NCBI GenBank assembly: GCA_043718025.1
Contig: JAYSWN010000020.1
Location: 15,227-79,226, forward strand
DNA length: 64,000 bases
From: Pseudomonadota bacterium
GTDB lineage: Bacteria; Bdellovibrionota; FAC87; UBA2466
Direction of reading: 5' to 3'
Within the stretch, counting starts at the first letter, position 1; each line of letters starts with the position of its first letter. The translations under genes were made by a program, and so were the position numbers. A model generated the notes under the pieces. The model made no database searches and was not told the origin of the DNA. It saw only the letters and a program-made list of their open reading frames with translations. Shown piece after piece: positions 9,358 to 19,999 of this stretch.

Positions 9358-10223
9358 GGAACGTCTTCCTTCGACAGTGAGAAAGGGCGCGGAGAATAAT
9401 CGAGATCCCGCGTGGCACTCCGGTGATCGAAAATAAGATCTTGATTCATTCGCTCGGCCATCGCCGGCGACCAATGCCGGAAGGGAGGAAAGCGACGCAG
9501 CAGACCGATCGCCACGCGAAAGGCGGGCAGCGGAACGGTCACGAGTCGGGGAGCGCATCCCGCCGCGACGCAAACCCGCTCCACCATTTTGCGGTAAGTG
9601 AGCGTCTCACCGCCGGAGAGATTGTAGGAGTTCCCCGCGGCGGTTTCGCGAAGGAGCGCCGACACGCAAGCGTCCGCCACGTCGTCCAAATGCACCGGCT
9701 GCCGTCGGCCCGAGGCCGCGCCGAGCACGGGAAAAAAACCAATCCGGCGAATAACCCGCGCCACCTGCGAGATGTTCTGGTCCTGCCCGCCGCCGTAAAT
9801 CAGCGTCGGCCTCAAGACAACCCATTCCATACCGCGGACGGTGGCCCAATCGATTAATTTCTCTTCTCCCTCCGCAAGGAGCGACGCGGTTTTCCGATCC
9901 GCCGGATCGGAGGCGTTTTCTTTCGTGAAGCGGCTCGTGGAGGAGAGCGCTACGATCCTTCGGGGCGCCGAATGAGCGAAAAGCGAAAAATAATCGGGCA
10001 AGTTCCAAATGGGAATCAGACTAACCCAATGAGTTATCGGCGCGATCAGCTCGGGCGAAGCAGAAATCGGGAGCCAGACCGCATTCGAATCTATTGCGGA
10101 AGGTGAAGGCGGGTTGCGCGAAAAGGCGCGCACCGACCAACCTCGCTGCGTAAGCCGGGTCATGAGCGCCTGACCCGCCGGACTGCTGGCGCCGAGAACT
10201 CCAACCACTCCCGACTTACCCAC
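9351..10223 (-). CDS. NAD-dependent epimerase/dehydratase family protein
   Basis: GVLGASS, LRPTLIYG, QPVHLDDVA, YNLSGGE; GTG start inferred. Confidence 0.8.
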   Translation of the reverse strand: MGKSGVVGVLGASSPAGQALMTRLTQRGWSVRAFSRNPPSPSAIDSNAVWLPISASPELIAPITHWVSLIPIWNLPDYFSLFAHSAPRRIVALSSTSRFTKENASDPADRKTASLLAEGEEKLIDWATVRGMEWVVLRPTLIYGGGQDQNISQVARVIRRIGFFPVLGAASGRRQPVHLDDVADACVSALLRETAAGNSYNLSGGETLTYRKMVERVCVAAGCAPRLVTVPLPAFRVAIGLLRRFPPFRHWSPAMAERMNQDLIFDHRSATRDLDYSPRPFSLSKEDVPC

Positions 10224-11121
10224 TTTTTCCCCCGAGCAGCGCCAGCGGCCTTTTGGCCAAATGACGCCCGGCCACGAGGACAAATCGGGCGGAGACTCCG
10301 ATCGCGATCAAACCCACGAAGTACTTGGCTACCCCCGTGCGAAAAAATTTATTGTAGAAGCGAAACATGCCACGGTGTTTGTGCCATTCGACAAAAATCG
10401 GCCGACTTCGACTACACGTCCCTTTGAAGTGCACCATGCGGGCGGCGGGAACAAACAGGATTTTCCAACCGCGATTGCGAATTCGCATGCACAGATCCAG
10501 ATCTTCGCAGTGCATGAAGTAAGCCTCGTCGAACTCGCCGACGCTTTCGAAGTCATCCCGACGCAAGTACATGCAGGCCCCCGAGATGGCTTCGACCGCC
10601 GTCGGTCCAGTGGGTAAAGCCGCATTCGCCAGGTGGTAGTCGGCAAACCATTCGGGGGCAAAGCGGGATAAACGCCCCAGACCAAAACCCGTTACGAAGG
10701 AGCGCCAGGGAGTCGGTATCCGGCGGCGGGCGCCGATTTGTTCGCTGCCATCCTCGTTGAGGAGTAGTCCACCGACCATTCCGGCCGCGGGTCCGGCCTC
10801 TAGCGCCTGGCGGAGTGTCTCCACGGCGCCGTCTTCAAGCTCACAGTCGGGATTGAGAAAAAGAAGAAACGGCCCCGCGGCTTCTTCCGCTCCGATATTG
10901 CACGCCTTAGAAAACCCCAAATTTTCGCCCGTGCGAATGAGGCGTAACGGTAGGCCCTGGGCCGCAATCAAATCTAGGGGAGCAAGGCTTCCGTCTTGGG
11001 AGCCATTGTCCACGACGATAACCTCGTTGGCTTGCGCCAAGGCTTTTTTCACGCAGACTTCGAGCCCGGGGCCGGCATTGAAGTTGACGATGACGATCGA
11101 AGTCGTTTGTTTTATTTCCAT
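10216..11121 (-). CDS. GT2 glycosyltransferase
   Basis: VVDNGSQD, NLGFSKACN, LFLNPD, FDEAYFMHCEDLDLC. Confidence 0.9.
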   Translation of the reverse strand: MEIKQTTSIVIVNFNAGPGLEVCVKKALAQANEVIVVDNGSQDGSLAPLDLIAAQGLPLRLIRTGENLGFSKACNIGAEEAAGPFLLFLNPDCELEDGAVETLRQALEAGPAAGMVGGLLLNEDGSEQIGARRRIPTPWRSFVTGFGLGRLSRFAPEWFADYHLANAALPTGPTAVEAISGACMYLRRDDFESVGEFDEAYFMHCEDLDLCMRIRNRGWKILFVPAARMVHFKGTCSRSRPIFVEWHKHRGMFRFYNKFFRTGVAKYFVGLIAIGVSARFVLVAGRHLAKRPLALLGGKSG

Positions 11122-12092
11122 AGCGAACTCAAAGCGCGATCTAATCCGGGGATAGGCCTTCTATCCAATGACCTCAGAATATCCCACGTGCGAACGGTAC
11201 GCTGCCCCTGAATCGATTGCCGCTTTTTCCATACCGCGGGTAGCCCGCGGATCGCATCGCGCTTAGCGCGCAATACCGTGCGGAGGTGACCACCCAAGGT
11301 GTAACGCAAGATGCCCGCCAGGTTCAAGGCGAGGTGAAGCGGTAAAAAGGCCCAAAACAAAGCTCCCGGCATATTCTTTACGTAGGCCCAAACGAGGTTG
11401 CGCTGGCCGTGGTAGACATAAAACGCACTTCGTTTTCCCGACGTTACCGATCCGACGTGGGCGACCACCGCCGTGGGGATGATAAGGCAGCGGTGTCCCG
11501 CTAGGCGCAGTCGAAATCCTAGGTCGACGTCTTCTAAGTAACAAAAAAAATCTTCATCAAATCCGCCCAGGCTGCGCAGGATATCGGCGCGGTACAGTGC
11601 CGCCGCCGCGCACGGGGAAAACTCCTCCACCGGGTAGGCCGGGATGGTATCGGGAAGCCCCAGCCCCAAACGGGAGGCGAAACCGCTGACATGGTAGCTA
11701 TCGCCCCTTCCGTCGAGCAGGCTCGGGTTTTCGGCCTGAACCAGTTTTGCGCCAAACACGGCACAGTCGAGGTGGGCCTCGGTGGCTTCGACCATGGTGG
11801 CAAACCAAGTGGGGGCGGCAATCGTGTCGGGGTTGAGTAAGGCAATCCACTCGGCGTGGGGAAGTAGTCGTAACCCTAAGTTATTCCCGGCGGCGAAGCC
11901 CAAATTGCTAGGGCTTTTGTGATAGCTAACCCGCGAATAGGGCTTAAGCCGTTCTAAATCGGCCGGCGTAGCGTCGCCATTATCGATGATCAAAACGTCA
12001 AAATCTTTGCGGGTTTGGGCTTCGAGGGCATCGAGGCAACGCAAGAGATGGGGCCAGCAGTTCCAGGCCACGATGATGAGTGAAACTTTCAC
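11112..12092 (-). CDS. GT2 glycosyltransferase
   Basis: IIDNG, NLGFAAGNN, LLNPD, FDEDFFCYLEDVDLGFR. Confidence 0.9.
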   Translation of the reverse strand: MKVSLIIVAWNCWPHLLRCLDALEAQTRKDFDVLIIDNGDATPADLERLKPYSRVSYHKSPSNLGFAAGNNLGLRLLPHAEWIALLNPDTIAAPTWFATMVEATEAHLDCAVFGAKLVQAENPSLLDGRGDSYHVSGFASRLGLGLPDTIPAYPVEEFSPCAAAALYRADILRSLGGFDEDFFCYLEDVDLGFRLRLAGHRCLIIPTAVVAHVGSVTSGKRSAFYVYHGQRNLVWAYVKNMPGALFWAFLPLHLALNLAGILRYTLGGHLRTVLRAKRDAIRGLPAVWKKRQSIQGQRTVRTWDILRSLDRRPIPGLDRALSSLWK

Positions 12093-12201
12093 GATGAATT
12101 CTTCTATCGACTCGGGGGGGGCGACGCAACTGGGCTCTTCGCTCGCCCGCCCCCCGTCTTTTCCGGCCTGACTTAGGGCGTAAAGACTGGGCCCGCTAAC
12201 C

Positions 12202-12231
12202 TTGACTTCACTTGTCCTTGTTGACTACTTT
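12202..12231 (+). promoter_or_regulatory. Sigma70-type promoter, probably driving a leaderless transcript
   Basis: TTGACT(12202)-N18-TACTTT(12226), then 6 nt to the GTG at 12238. Confidence 0.5.
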
Positions 12232-12237
12232 GTCGCC

Positions 12238-13656
12238 GTGACTGCCCTGCCCCGTGTTCTCTTTATCGTCAATGAAGTCGCACACTACGGAGAGTTCAAA
12301 AGAATTTTGAACGATCGTAACGTGGCCTCCAAAATCGAAGGCCATCTGCTGTTCGATCGGGACGGCTACGACCCCGAAATTTTTTTTGCGGGGGCCATTG
12401 CCGACTGCAAACGGGCGGGCATTACCTACTTCACAATCCCTTACGGAAGTTTTCGGGAGACGCCAGAACGGGCGGTTTTCTCCGGGTTGGGGCGACTTCT
12501 CCGCGCCCGAAAACTTGCCCGACTGCCCGGCCGAAAAATCCTTACGCTGCTCACCGATGTGGTGAGTGGGACCCACCGCCAAGCCTCCTATTACGCACGA
12601 AAAATAAAGTGCCTCGCCGACTGGATCGAGGAAGAGAAGTTTGTATCGGTGGTGCTCGGCGAAGAGAATGTGTTGCTCGATACCTTCGTGTACGCCCGCG
12701 CGGCGGGCCAAAAGCGCGTGGTGATCTACCCCTATACCATTCCCAATCCTAAAGAGATGGAGGGCGGCGCTTGTCTTACCCAGCCATGGAATCGACTTAC
12801 GGGAAAGGTGCTCTACTTGTTTGGCGGTAAGTGGACACGCCGCTCGGGAGACAAGGTGCTACTCCTATTGGGGCCCCAAAAAATTATGGCGATGACGCTG
12901 CACCGTTATTTTCCCTCGATGCCTTGGGTGCTCAACTCGGAAAAAAATCATACCCTCTGTCTCGAAAGTGAGGCGATGGCCGCGCTCTACCAACGGCTAG
13001 GTGTGGCCCACTCGGGTCTGCAGGTGACGGGTACGGTCAACGACGGGATCGTGGCGGAGATACTGAAACAGCGGGAGGCACGACGGGGAAAGCTAAACGA
13101 ACGGTACGGTTTTACGACGTCGCTGCCTCTAGTCGTAGTCGGCTTTCCTCCCAACCAATTTCCCCGGGCGGAAGCGGAATATGGCTCATTCGATGAGCTG
13201 GTGCAGGCGCTAGCCGGCTGTCTCGTCCCCCTAAAAGGCAAATGCCATTTTCTGGTCTGCAAGCATCCGCGGGCCGATCATCCCTTTACGGCCTTGGCGG
13301 AGGGCGGAGTCGCGGTGACGGACGAACCGCTAGTTGAAATTCTCCCATTGGCGGACCTTTACGTGGCGAGCGCATCGGCCACCATTCGCTGGGCGATTGC
13401 CGCGGGAATTCCCGTTTTAAATTACGATTTGTACCGGTACCACTACGGGGACTACGACTCCGCCCTTGCGGTCGTCACCGTAACGGATCGCGAGAATTTC
13501 TCGAGGGCTTTGCACCGCATGGTGGAAGATCGGGAACATTACGGCGAGCTGAAAAGTCGGCAAGCGACCGATGCGCGCAAGTGGGGCCACCTCGATGGAG
13601 CCTCCGCCGATCGGCTTTTGAAGGTATTTACCGGGTCGGCATTGCCAACCCCCTAG
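12238..13656 (+). CDS. Putative GT-B/HP-motif glycosyltransferase (paralogue 1)
   Basis: Shares PW..S, ES..M...Y...G, TG...D, PP, HP, P..DL.VA..S.TIR.AI, PV.NYD.Y motifs with 14665 and 21443. Confidence 0.6.
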   Translation: MTALPRVLFIVNEVAHYGEFKRILNDRNVASKIEGHLLFDRDGYDPEIFFAGAIADCKRAGITYFTIPYGSFRETPERAVFSGLGRLLRARKLARLPGRKILTLLTDVVSGTHRQASYYARKIKCLADWIEEEKFVSVVLGEENVLLDTFVYARAAGQKRVVIYPYTIPNPKEMEGGACLTQPWNRLTGKVLYLFGGKWTRRSGDKVLLLLGPQKIMAMTLHRYFPSMPWVLNSEKNHTLCLESEAMAALYQRLGVAHSGLQVTGTVNDGIVAEILKQREARRGKLNERYGFTTSLPLVVVGFPPNQFPRAEAEYGSFDELVQALAGCLVPLKGKCHFLVCKHPRADHPFTALAEGGVAVTDEPLVEILPLADLYVASASATIRWAIAAGIPVLNYDLYRYHYGDYDSALAVVTVTDRENFSRALHRMVEDREHYGELKSRQATDARKWGHLDGASADRLLKVFTGSALPTP

Positions 13657-13666
13657 GAGAATCGGC

Positions 13667-14668
13667 GTGATTGAGGAAATTACTTCTGCGGAACCGGAAA
13701 TGGTCGATAGATTCGCGCGCGACCGCGCCAACGCGGTCGACGTGATCATTCCCGTCATCCATAGCAACGAGCTTTGGGAGCGCAATCTAAAGAGCATTTT
13801 CAGGGAGATCCCAGTCAATCGATTGCTGATTTCCGACGGGGGTTGTATCGATGATTCCTTGGTCATCGCGCGTAAATTTCCTCGGGTGGAGATTTTCGAC
13901 CACAAGGCATACACATCACTTGGCTTTTGCCTTCGTGCGCTGATGGAAAAGGTCGAAACCGAACATTTTATTTACCTTCACTCCGATGTTTTCCTAACGC
14001 CCGGGTGGTTTGACGAGATGTACAAACACCGCGCTAACTACGACTGGTACGAGTCGGGCCAGGTGACGTCTTTCCTTGTGAATGTGCCTTTTGATTACTC
14101 GAACTATGATCGCCCCTTGTCGGGGGGACAGCTTGGCCGGCGCGCCGCCTTCCAAAAAGTTCTGCCCAAGGTCGATGATGACTTCCTATACCGAAATGAG
14201 GATCTCATATTCGCGGAGCTGATTAAGAACAGCGGGGGAACCTACGGGCGGGTGAAGGAAGCCGTTCTTTACCATCAAGTGATGAACAAGCGGTCAAAAT
14301 GGGAACGTAAGATTACCCAATTCAACATCTCAGTAAGCAAGAGCCGGGAAGAAGAGATTCGGGAAACGAACATGCAGGCGAGGGGGCTGGTGAAGTACAT
14401 GCCGCCCACAAACGGCAATCTCACGAATGCGGTGATCTACTCGCTCCGCTCGCTCATTGCGCTCGATCAAACGAGTTACAAGGATTTCATGGAATGGGTG
14501 GCGTCGACTCCTTACGGCCCCGAATGGCACAAGGTGCTAAAACGGGCATTTAGCTATCGCGTGCGCGTGGTCAAGGAAGTTCGAGAGTTGCGTAGTACCG
14601 TTATCGGGGGATGGCGGGCTGGCTTCCGCCAGTGTTTCACTCTCGGCAAGGCTATCTGCGGTCTATGA
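13667..14668 (+). CDS. GT2/GT-A glycosyltransferase
   Basis: VDVIIPV, ISDGGCIDDS, YLHSDV, NED; SD AGGAG before the GTG. Confidence 0.75.
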   Translation: MIEEITSAEPEMVDRFARDRANAVDVIIPVIHSNELWERNLKSIFREIPVNRLLISDGGCIDDSLVIARKFPRVEIFDHKAYTSLGFCLRALMEKVETEHFIYLHSDVFLTPGWFDEMYKHRANYDWYESGQVTSFLVNVPFDYSNYDRPLSGGQLGRRAAFQKVLPKVDDDFLYRNEDLIFAELIKNSGGTYGRVKEAVLYHQVMNKRSKWERKITQFNISVSKSREEEIRETNMQARGLVKYMPPTNGNLTNAVIYSLRSLIALDQTSYKDFMEWVASTPYGPEWHKVLKRAFSYRVRVVKEVRELRSTVIGGWRAGFRQCFTLGKAICGL

Positions 14669-16101
14669 GCGCACGGCCCACAAAAAGACGCGTCCTGCTG
14701 ATGGTGCACACCAACACCTGGTTTACCGAAATGTTCAACCTCGCTCGGTTTTTACGCGACTCGGACCGGTATGAACCGGTGGTGCACTTTGCGTATCGCT
14801 ACCCCACGGCCGGGCGAGATATTGGGCGATTGCGCACCGAAGGAATCGAACACTCCGAGGCCCCGCGCCACGCTTCGCCGAAAATTTTCGATCGCGCGCT
14901 CGGGGCACTGTCACGTCTGCCCCAACGGCCGAGCCTGGCCGCCGTTCCCAATTTTTTGACCCCGGCAGTGCGGGCTTCACAAAATCTGGCGGTGAGCCTA
15001 AAAGAAATCTCTTATTACAAAAAGCTGGTGAAGGACCAAAGGGCCAGATTGGTAGTTCTCGCCGGTGATCTCGTTGGCTACAACACTCCCGAAATCGTGA
15101 GGGCAGCTCACGACACCAGAGTGCCTTGCATCATCATTCCGTCGACGATGTCCGACGGCACAGAGCAAGCCGAAGCCTATTTCTTCGATGAAAATTTTGG
15201 CGAGAACCGCCCCTTTAATCGTCTGGTCGGAGCGCGGTGGCCGCACTGGAAGAAGGAGCACAAGGGAAAGGGTTTGATTCGTTTGCCCGGCGAACAGATT
15301 ATCCCCCGCGAGCTATTGAAGATCGCCCCGCCGCTACCGTGGATATCCAGCAGCTCGCTGGCCGATCGGGTGGCGGTCGAAAGCTCGGCAATGTGGGATT
15401 ATTATCGCCGCTGCGGAATCGAAGCGGAAAAGCTGCACCGCACGGGGACCCTGGCGAACGACGCGATGGCCAAAGTCACCGCCGATCAAAAAGAGTTGAG
15501 AAGTAGGCTGCTGAAGAACCTCAACTTGGCCCCCCAAAAGGGCGTCGTCCTCACGGCCCTTCCCCCCGACTTTCTGTACATGGTGGGCGGCCGCCCGAAT
15601 TGCGAGTTTTCCGATTACAAATCGCTTACCAAGTATTGGACCGACAGCTTAGATCGACTGAAGAACTTCAATACGGTGATCAGCCTTCATCCCAGTGTCG
15701 AAGCGGAGGATTTCCGCTATCTCGAGACCGAGCGGGTTCGCATCGCCAGCGAGCGAATCGTGGACCTTATCCCGTTGTGTGACTTGTTCGTGGCTTCGGT
15801 GTCGAGTACCATCCGCTGGGCAATTACCTGTTCCAGACCCGTCGTCAATTATGATGTGTATCAGTACCATTACGCGGACTTTACCGGAGTAAAGGGGGTT
15901 GTGTTCGTTGACCGCAAGGAGGTTTTTCAAGAGGTGCTACGGCGGATCGATACCGATCCTGCTTTTCAGCAACATTTGAAAACCGAAATCAGCGGCGAAG
16001 CTTCTTACTGGGGCTGCTTGGACGGGGCCGAAGGAGCACGTATGTTATTGCTATTCGATGAGGAGATTAGTCGATGGACATTACCAACCAAGACATTTTG
16101 A
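14665..16101 (+). CDS. Putative GT-B/HP-motif glycosyltransferase (paralogue 2)
   Basis: ISLHPS, LIPLCDLFVASVSSTIRWAI, PVVNYDVY; ATGA overlap. Confidence 0.6.
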   Translation: MSARPTKRRVLLMVHTNTWFTEMFNLARFLRDSDRYEPVVHFAYRYPTAGRDIGRLRTEGIEHSEAPRHASPKIFDRALGALSRLPQRPSLAAVPNFLTPAVRASQNLAVSLKEISYYKKLVKDQRARLVVLAGDLVGYNTPEIVRAAHDTRVPCIIIPSTMSDGTEQAEAYFFDENFGENRPFNRLVGARWPHWKKEHKGKGLIRLPGEQIIPRELLKIAPPLPWISSSSLADRVAVESSAMWDYYRRCGIEAEKLHRTGTLANDAMAKVTADQKELRSRLLKNLNLAPQKGVVLTALPPDFLYMVGGRPNCEFSDYKSLTKYWTDSLDRLKNFNTVISLHPSVEAEDFRYLETERVRIASERIVDLIPLCDLFVASVSSTIRWAITCSRPVVNYDVYQYHYADFTGVKGVVFVDRKEVFQEVLRRIDTDPAFQQHLKTEISGEASYWGCLDGAEGARMLLLFDEEISRWTLPTKTF

Positions 16102-17591
16102 TCACCCCCAAAGTGGGGCTCAATTCTGAGACGCGAGTTTCGTTCTTCTTGCTCGCAGTAAATGCGCTGATTTTCTCGGCATACCTTGCTTTTGAGCCAC
16201 TCGCTCCCGAGGTTTTTCACCAGGTCTGCCTGATTGGCGGCGCGCTGATCTTGTTGTCAGGGGCTGGAGCCTTATTAGGGGGGAAGCTGGGAAAGTTTCT
16301 AAGGAGTGTACAATTCTTTCTCCTCCAGGTTGCGATCACTATGGCAGCGGTCCATCTTCTTTTCGTGGCCTTTCCTCAGTACTGGCCAGCCAACGTGCGC
16401 AATCTGGTAATGAACCAGAATTTAGATGAGCTCCGATCGAAGATTGTCGAGTATTTGCCCCGTAGCCCGTACGTGAAACCAGCTCCGAATGTGAGTTTTA
16501 TCATTCCGGGCTATTACGGTCCGGCCGACGGTTTCGAATATCAATTCGTCGCGGACCAACGCGGATTCAAGAACCTTCGAGAGATCGCCAGCCGGTCACA
16601 GTTTGATGTGGTCGCCGTCGGGGATAGTTTCACCGAAGGGCTAGGCGTGTCGGCACAACAAACCTATGTCACAAATCTCACCCGACGCGGTCTGTCCGCT
16701 TACTCCTTGGGAATACAAGGGTACGCTCCGGCGCAAATGGCCGGAGCCTTCCGGGAATTTGGCTTGGCGCTGAAGCCCAAATATGTGGTCGTGGGTTATT
16801 TGGCTAATATCTATCATCGCGATAAGTTTTTCCGCGAAAACCAGAAGAACCTGGAGGAGGTCGCGGAGGTGCCGGGTGCAGTCGGCCGATTAATTGAACG
16901 CGATCGAATCGCGGGCAAAGTGGTCTATATCAAGACCAAAGAAGGGTACAGTTACCCGGTAACCATAAAGCAGCAATACCGTTTCTTACCAACGGCTCTA
17001 ATAGCCCTCGCCTCGGAGTATGTTTATTTCTACCGGTATTTCGATCTTAAAAAGGGAGTGGGAGACCTACATCTAGACGTGCGTTTTAACCTTCGCGAAA
17101 ACATTAAGTCAGATGACCTATTCGTTCTGCCCCAGCTGGCTGCCTATAAGGCAGAGGCGCTGAACGCCCTCAACAGAATTCTGCGTGAAGAAGATCTTGC
17201 CCGGGATCCGAACTGGCAAAGCACGCTCGGAGATTTCCAGCAGATTATAGAGGACGCACGAAAAATCGGCGCCAAAGTGATCCTTGTGATGTTCCACACT
17301 CGCGACGGCATCTATTATGAGGCGGGCACCGGCCGGCGTCTGCCCGCTGATTTCGTCGAGAAGAGCGAGGTAAAACTCCTACGCGAATTTGCTAAGCGTC
17401 AGCAAGTCGAGTTCTTGGATACCCAAACATCCTTTATGAATTATATCGGTCGGCTTAATAAAGAAGCGCCCTTGTCGGTTATGCCTTATTTGAAGGTCGA
17501 TGCCCACCCGAGCCCGGTGGGACATAAGCTCATCGCCGATCTCATATTCGAATGTGTTGAACAAATGCAAAGAGGTAGGCGATGTCCGTAG
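16074..17591 (+). CDS. Membrane-anchored SGNH/GDSL hydrolase-family protein (AlgJ/AlgX-like)
   Basis: N-terminal TM helices; VAVGDSFTEG, GIQGY, GYLAN and DAHPS catalytic blocks. Confidence 0.8.
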   Translation: MDITNQDILITPKVGLNSETRVSFFLLAVNALIFSAYLAFEPLAPEVFHQVCLIGGALILLSGAGALLGGKLGKFLRSVQFFLLQVAITMAAVHLLFVAFPQYWPANVRNLVMNQNLDELRSKIVEYLPRSPYVKPAPNVSFIIPGYYGPADGFEYQFVADQRGFKNLREIASRSQFDVVAVGDSFTEGLGVSAQQTYVTNLTRRGLSAYSLGIQGYAPAQMAGAFREFGLALKPKYVVVGYLANIYHRDKFFRENQKNLEEVAEVPGAVGRLIERDRIAGKVVYIKTKEGYSYPVTIKQQYRFLPTALIALASEYVYFYRYFDLKKGVGDLHLDVRFNLRENIKSDDLFVLPQLAAYKAEALNALNRILREEDLARDPNWQSTLGDFQQIIEDARKIGAKVILVMFHTRDGIYYEAGTGRRLPADFVEKSEVKLLREFAKRQQVEFLDTQTSFMNYIGRLNKEAPLSVMPYLKVDAHPSPVGHKLIADLIFECVEQMQRGRRCP

Positions 17592-18607
17592 AAAGCCTTT
17601 TCCCCACCATGCAAACCGACGGCGTTGTGCTTTTGCGCAATTTTTTCGATCCTGCTCAGGTGAGACGCGCGAACGAAGAGGTCGAAGCCTTTCTTAAGCG
17701 CGACCTCGAAGAACGGAAAGAGGCACAGCTGGAACTGGGTCACTTCAAGGGTTCCGCCGGAAGAACCATTCTGGATAAATCCAAACACCTCATCCTCGAT
17801 TTTTTTGCCAAGAGTCCAACCTTGGATCAGCTCGCGGAAAAGCTCCTCACCCATCCCGACGTCGCGGCGCTTGCGGAAAAAATGGTGGGCAAGCGTTTGA
17901 AACTTCGCGGTTACAATATTCGCCATATGACCGGCACCGCGGATAACTCGGCCATGGAGTGGCACCGCGACAACCGGGGCGAGTTCAATTTCGCCATTCT
18001 GCTCAACGAAACGGAACCCGAGGGAGATGCCGCCACTTGCTACATTCCCGGCTCGCACCTTTATCCGTATTGCCCGTTCCAGGCCATTCATCTGGGAACG
18101 CCTTACGCTGCGTACAATCCGCAGATGGGCTATTTTTCAAAGCGTCTCGCCGAGCGTGTGACCCGTAATGTAAAATCGGCTTACGGGGCTCCCGGAGATG
18201 CTTACCTGTTTTTCGGCGATGTGTGGCACGGCCGCCAGCCGAACCTAAAGGGCAAGACCGGTACGGTCCTCTTTTTCGCCGTCTTTCCTGCCGAAATTCC
18301 GTTTCCATCGCATACCACGGTGGAAATTCCCCCGCCGGAGGTGTTGGAAAAACTGCCCCCCGGGCTACGCAAGATCGTAGAGCACGACCGCGTCTTGCCG
18401 AATGAGGGGGCGTCGACCTATTTCTACACGATGGAGGCCCGCCGAAAAAAAAACACGGGCCTGTGGCGTCTGGCCATGTGGGAGCGACAGCTCAGCGTTC
18501 ACACATTTTACCCCAAGCTTTTCATTATGAAGCAAGCGGCAAAACGGAAGGTGAAGTTGACACTTCAACCACTTATTACCCTAGCTCGCCGGGTCCGGGG
18601 TCACTGA
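17582..18607 (+). CDS. Fe(II)/2-oxoglutarate dioxygenase, phytanoyl-CoA dioxygenase (PhyH) family
   Basis: DGVVLLRNFF, WHRD, IPGSH, GDAYLF, WHG triad. Confidence 0.85.
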   Translation: MSVESLFPTMQTDGVVLLRNFFDPAQVRRANEEVEAFLKRDLEERKEAQLELGHFKGSAGRTILDKSKHLILDFFAKSPTLDQLAEKLLTHPDVAALAEKMVGKRLKLRGYNIRHMTGTADNSAMEWHRDNRGEFNFAILLNETEPEGDAATCYIPGSHLYPYCPFQAIHLGTPYAAYNPQMGYFSKRLAERVTRNVKSAYGAPGDAYLFFGDVWHGRQPNLKGKTGTVLFFAVFPAEIPFPSHTTVEIPPPEVLEKLPPGLRKIVEHDRVLPNEGASTYFYTMEARRKKNTGLWRLAMWERQLSVHTFYPKLFIMKQAAKRKVKLTLQPLITLARRVRGH

Positions 18608-19999
18608 TTGGATTCTCGTCGCATTCTCCTCCTAGCTGCCTTCGTCATCAGTCTGTTCGGCCTTACGCGCTTTTTGAACGACAGGTATGATGTCTTGATT
18701 TTGGATGAACGTTCTGAGTCCGCCAAATACCGGCTGAAGAGAATCGAAGGAAATAAAGTCTTCGCCTACTTTCCGGCCGAATACATAGATGTTTCTATTC
18801 CTAACGCCATTGCCGCAAAATCTAAGCGACGCCTTTGGACGGAAGTTTCAGAATTTGGACTAAGTGCCGCTCTGGGGATGTTGGAAAATCCAGAAACAAT
18901 AGATGAATTCCTTCCTGGATTTCCCTCGAAGCTCAAGACCGACTCCACTTTATGGCAAACTTATTTTCAACAGGAGTTTGATTTTGATCTCTACCTACCC
19001 TCGATTCAAAAATTGAGCCCCTTCACGCATCGCACCCTGCTTTCATCCAGTGGATGCGTATTGATCTTTCAGAAATACGGCGCCGATGTCGTTGTGCTCG
19101 GCAACTCAGAAACAAATCGGGCGATTCTTCCCACGGTGTTAAGCACGAATTTGAAGGTTTACGGGAAACCACCCTCGACGCTCATGTGTACACAGCATGG
19201 CGCAGACATAGCTAATTTCGCGAACATGGCCCGCGCTCTAGCGAATACGAAACGAAAATCGAAGGCGACGATTCTTGGCGTCAGCCTTTGGCACCTTATA
19301 CAAATCCCCTTATCTGCGTCTACCCAATCAAAAATGGACCAGATAAAAACCGATCCAAGCTGGATGCACGTTAGCCTTGCTCAATTACTTCCGGCGCCAA
19401 AATGGGAAGACTGGTTACGATTCAGCTGGCAGGCCTTTAAAGAAAAAACTCACGAAAAAAATCGTTGGCTAAACTCGAATCTCATCGAAAAACCGATGCC
19501 CGAGACGGCGATCTTCGATGCAAATGGCAAGGGTTACATCCCCTTTGCGAAAGCCTTATTTCACGAGGAAACGGAACTGGAAAAGTTAATGGGTACCGCT
19601 GTTCCCTACTACCCCTTGTTGAAAGGAATGACTGAGAAAGACTGTGACACTTCCCTTTTAGAAGAACGACTACACGCGCTTACCACTCAGCTTTTGCAGA
19701 GCACCGAACACCTGTTTGTTTTTTTAAACACGACTACTCCTATTCAGACCCGGTATGCTCCGGGTTGCGCGTTGGGGGCGATCCAGAAGGCGCTAAAGAA
19801 GGTGGCGAACCGTCGAGTCTCGATACGAACCGATGACTGGCGGGGTTACCAGTTGGGTTGGTCCGACTTCGCGGTTCAGACCCCGGTGCCCAACCGAATG
19901 GTAATTGACGTCAATCACACGAATTTCGGTGGCGCCAACAAGGTTACAAACCATATCGTCAAATGGATGCAGGTTGAAATACCTGGGGGCGGGACGTGA
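18608..19999 (+). CDS. Membrane-anchored SGNH-like protein (DltD/AlgJ-like MBOAT partner)
   Basis: N-terminal anchor; VVVLGNSE and DVNHTN..GA motifs; GTGA-coupled to the MBOAT gene. Confidence 0.55.
   Translation: MDSRRILLLAAFVISLFGLTRFLNDRYDVLILDERSESAKYRLKRIEGNKVFAYFPAEYIDVSIPNAIAAKSKRRLWTEVSEFGLSAALGMLENPETIDEFLPGFPSKLKTDSTLWQTYFQQEFDFDLYLPSIQKLSPFTHRTLLSSSGCVLIFQKYGADVVVLGNSETNRAILPTVLSTNLKVYGKPPSTLMCTQHGADIANFANMARALANTKRKSKATILGVSLWHLIQIPLSASTQSKMDQIKTDPSWMHVSLAQLLPAPKWEDWLRFSWQAFKEKTHEKNRWLNSNLIEKPMPETAIFDANGKGYIPFAKALFHEETELEKLMGTAVPYYPLLKGMTEKDCDTSLLEERLHALTTQLLQSTEHLFVFLNTTTPIQTRYAPGCALGAIQKALKKVANRRVSIRTDDWRGYQLGWSDFAVQTPVPNRMVIDVNHTNFGGANKVTNHIVKWMQVEIPGGGT

Noticed and set aside
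18425..18434. Homopolymer tracts in glycan genes as phase-variation switches (A9 here; G7 near 22237 and 40128)
   Set aside because: Tracts are short and all reading frames are intact; there is no evidence without reads.
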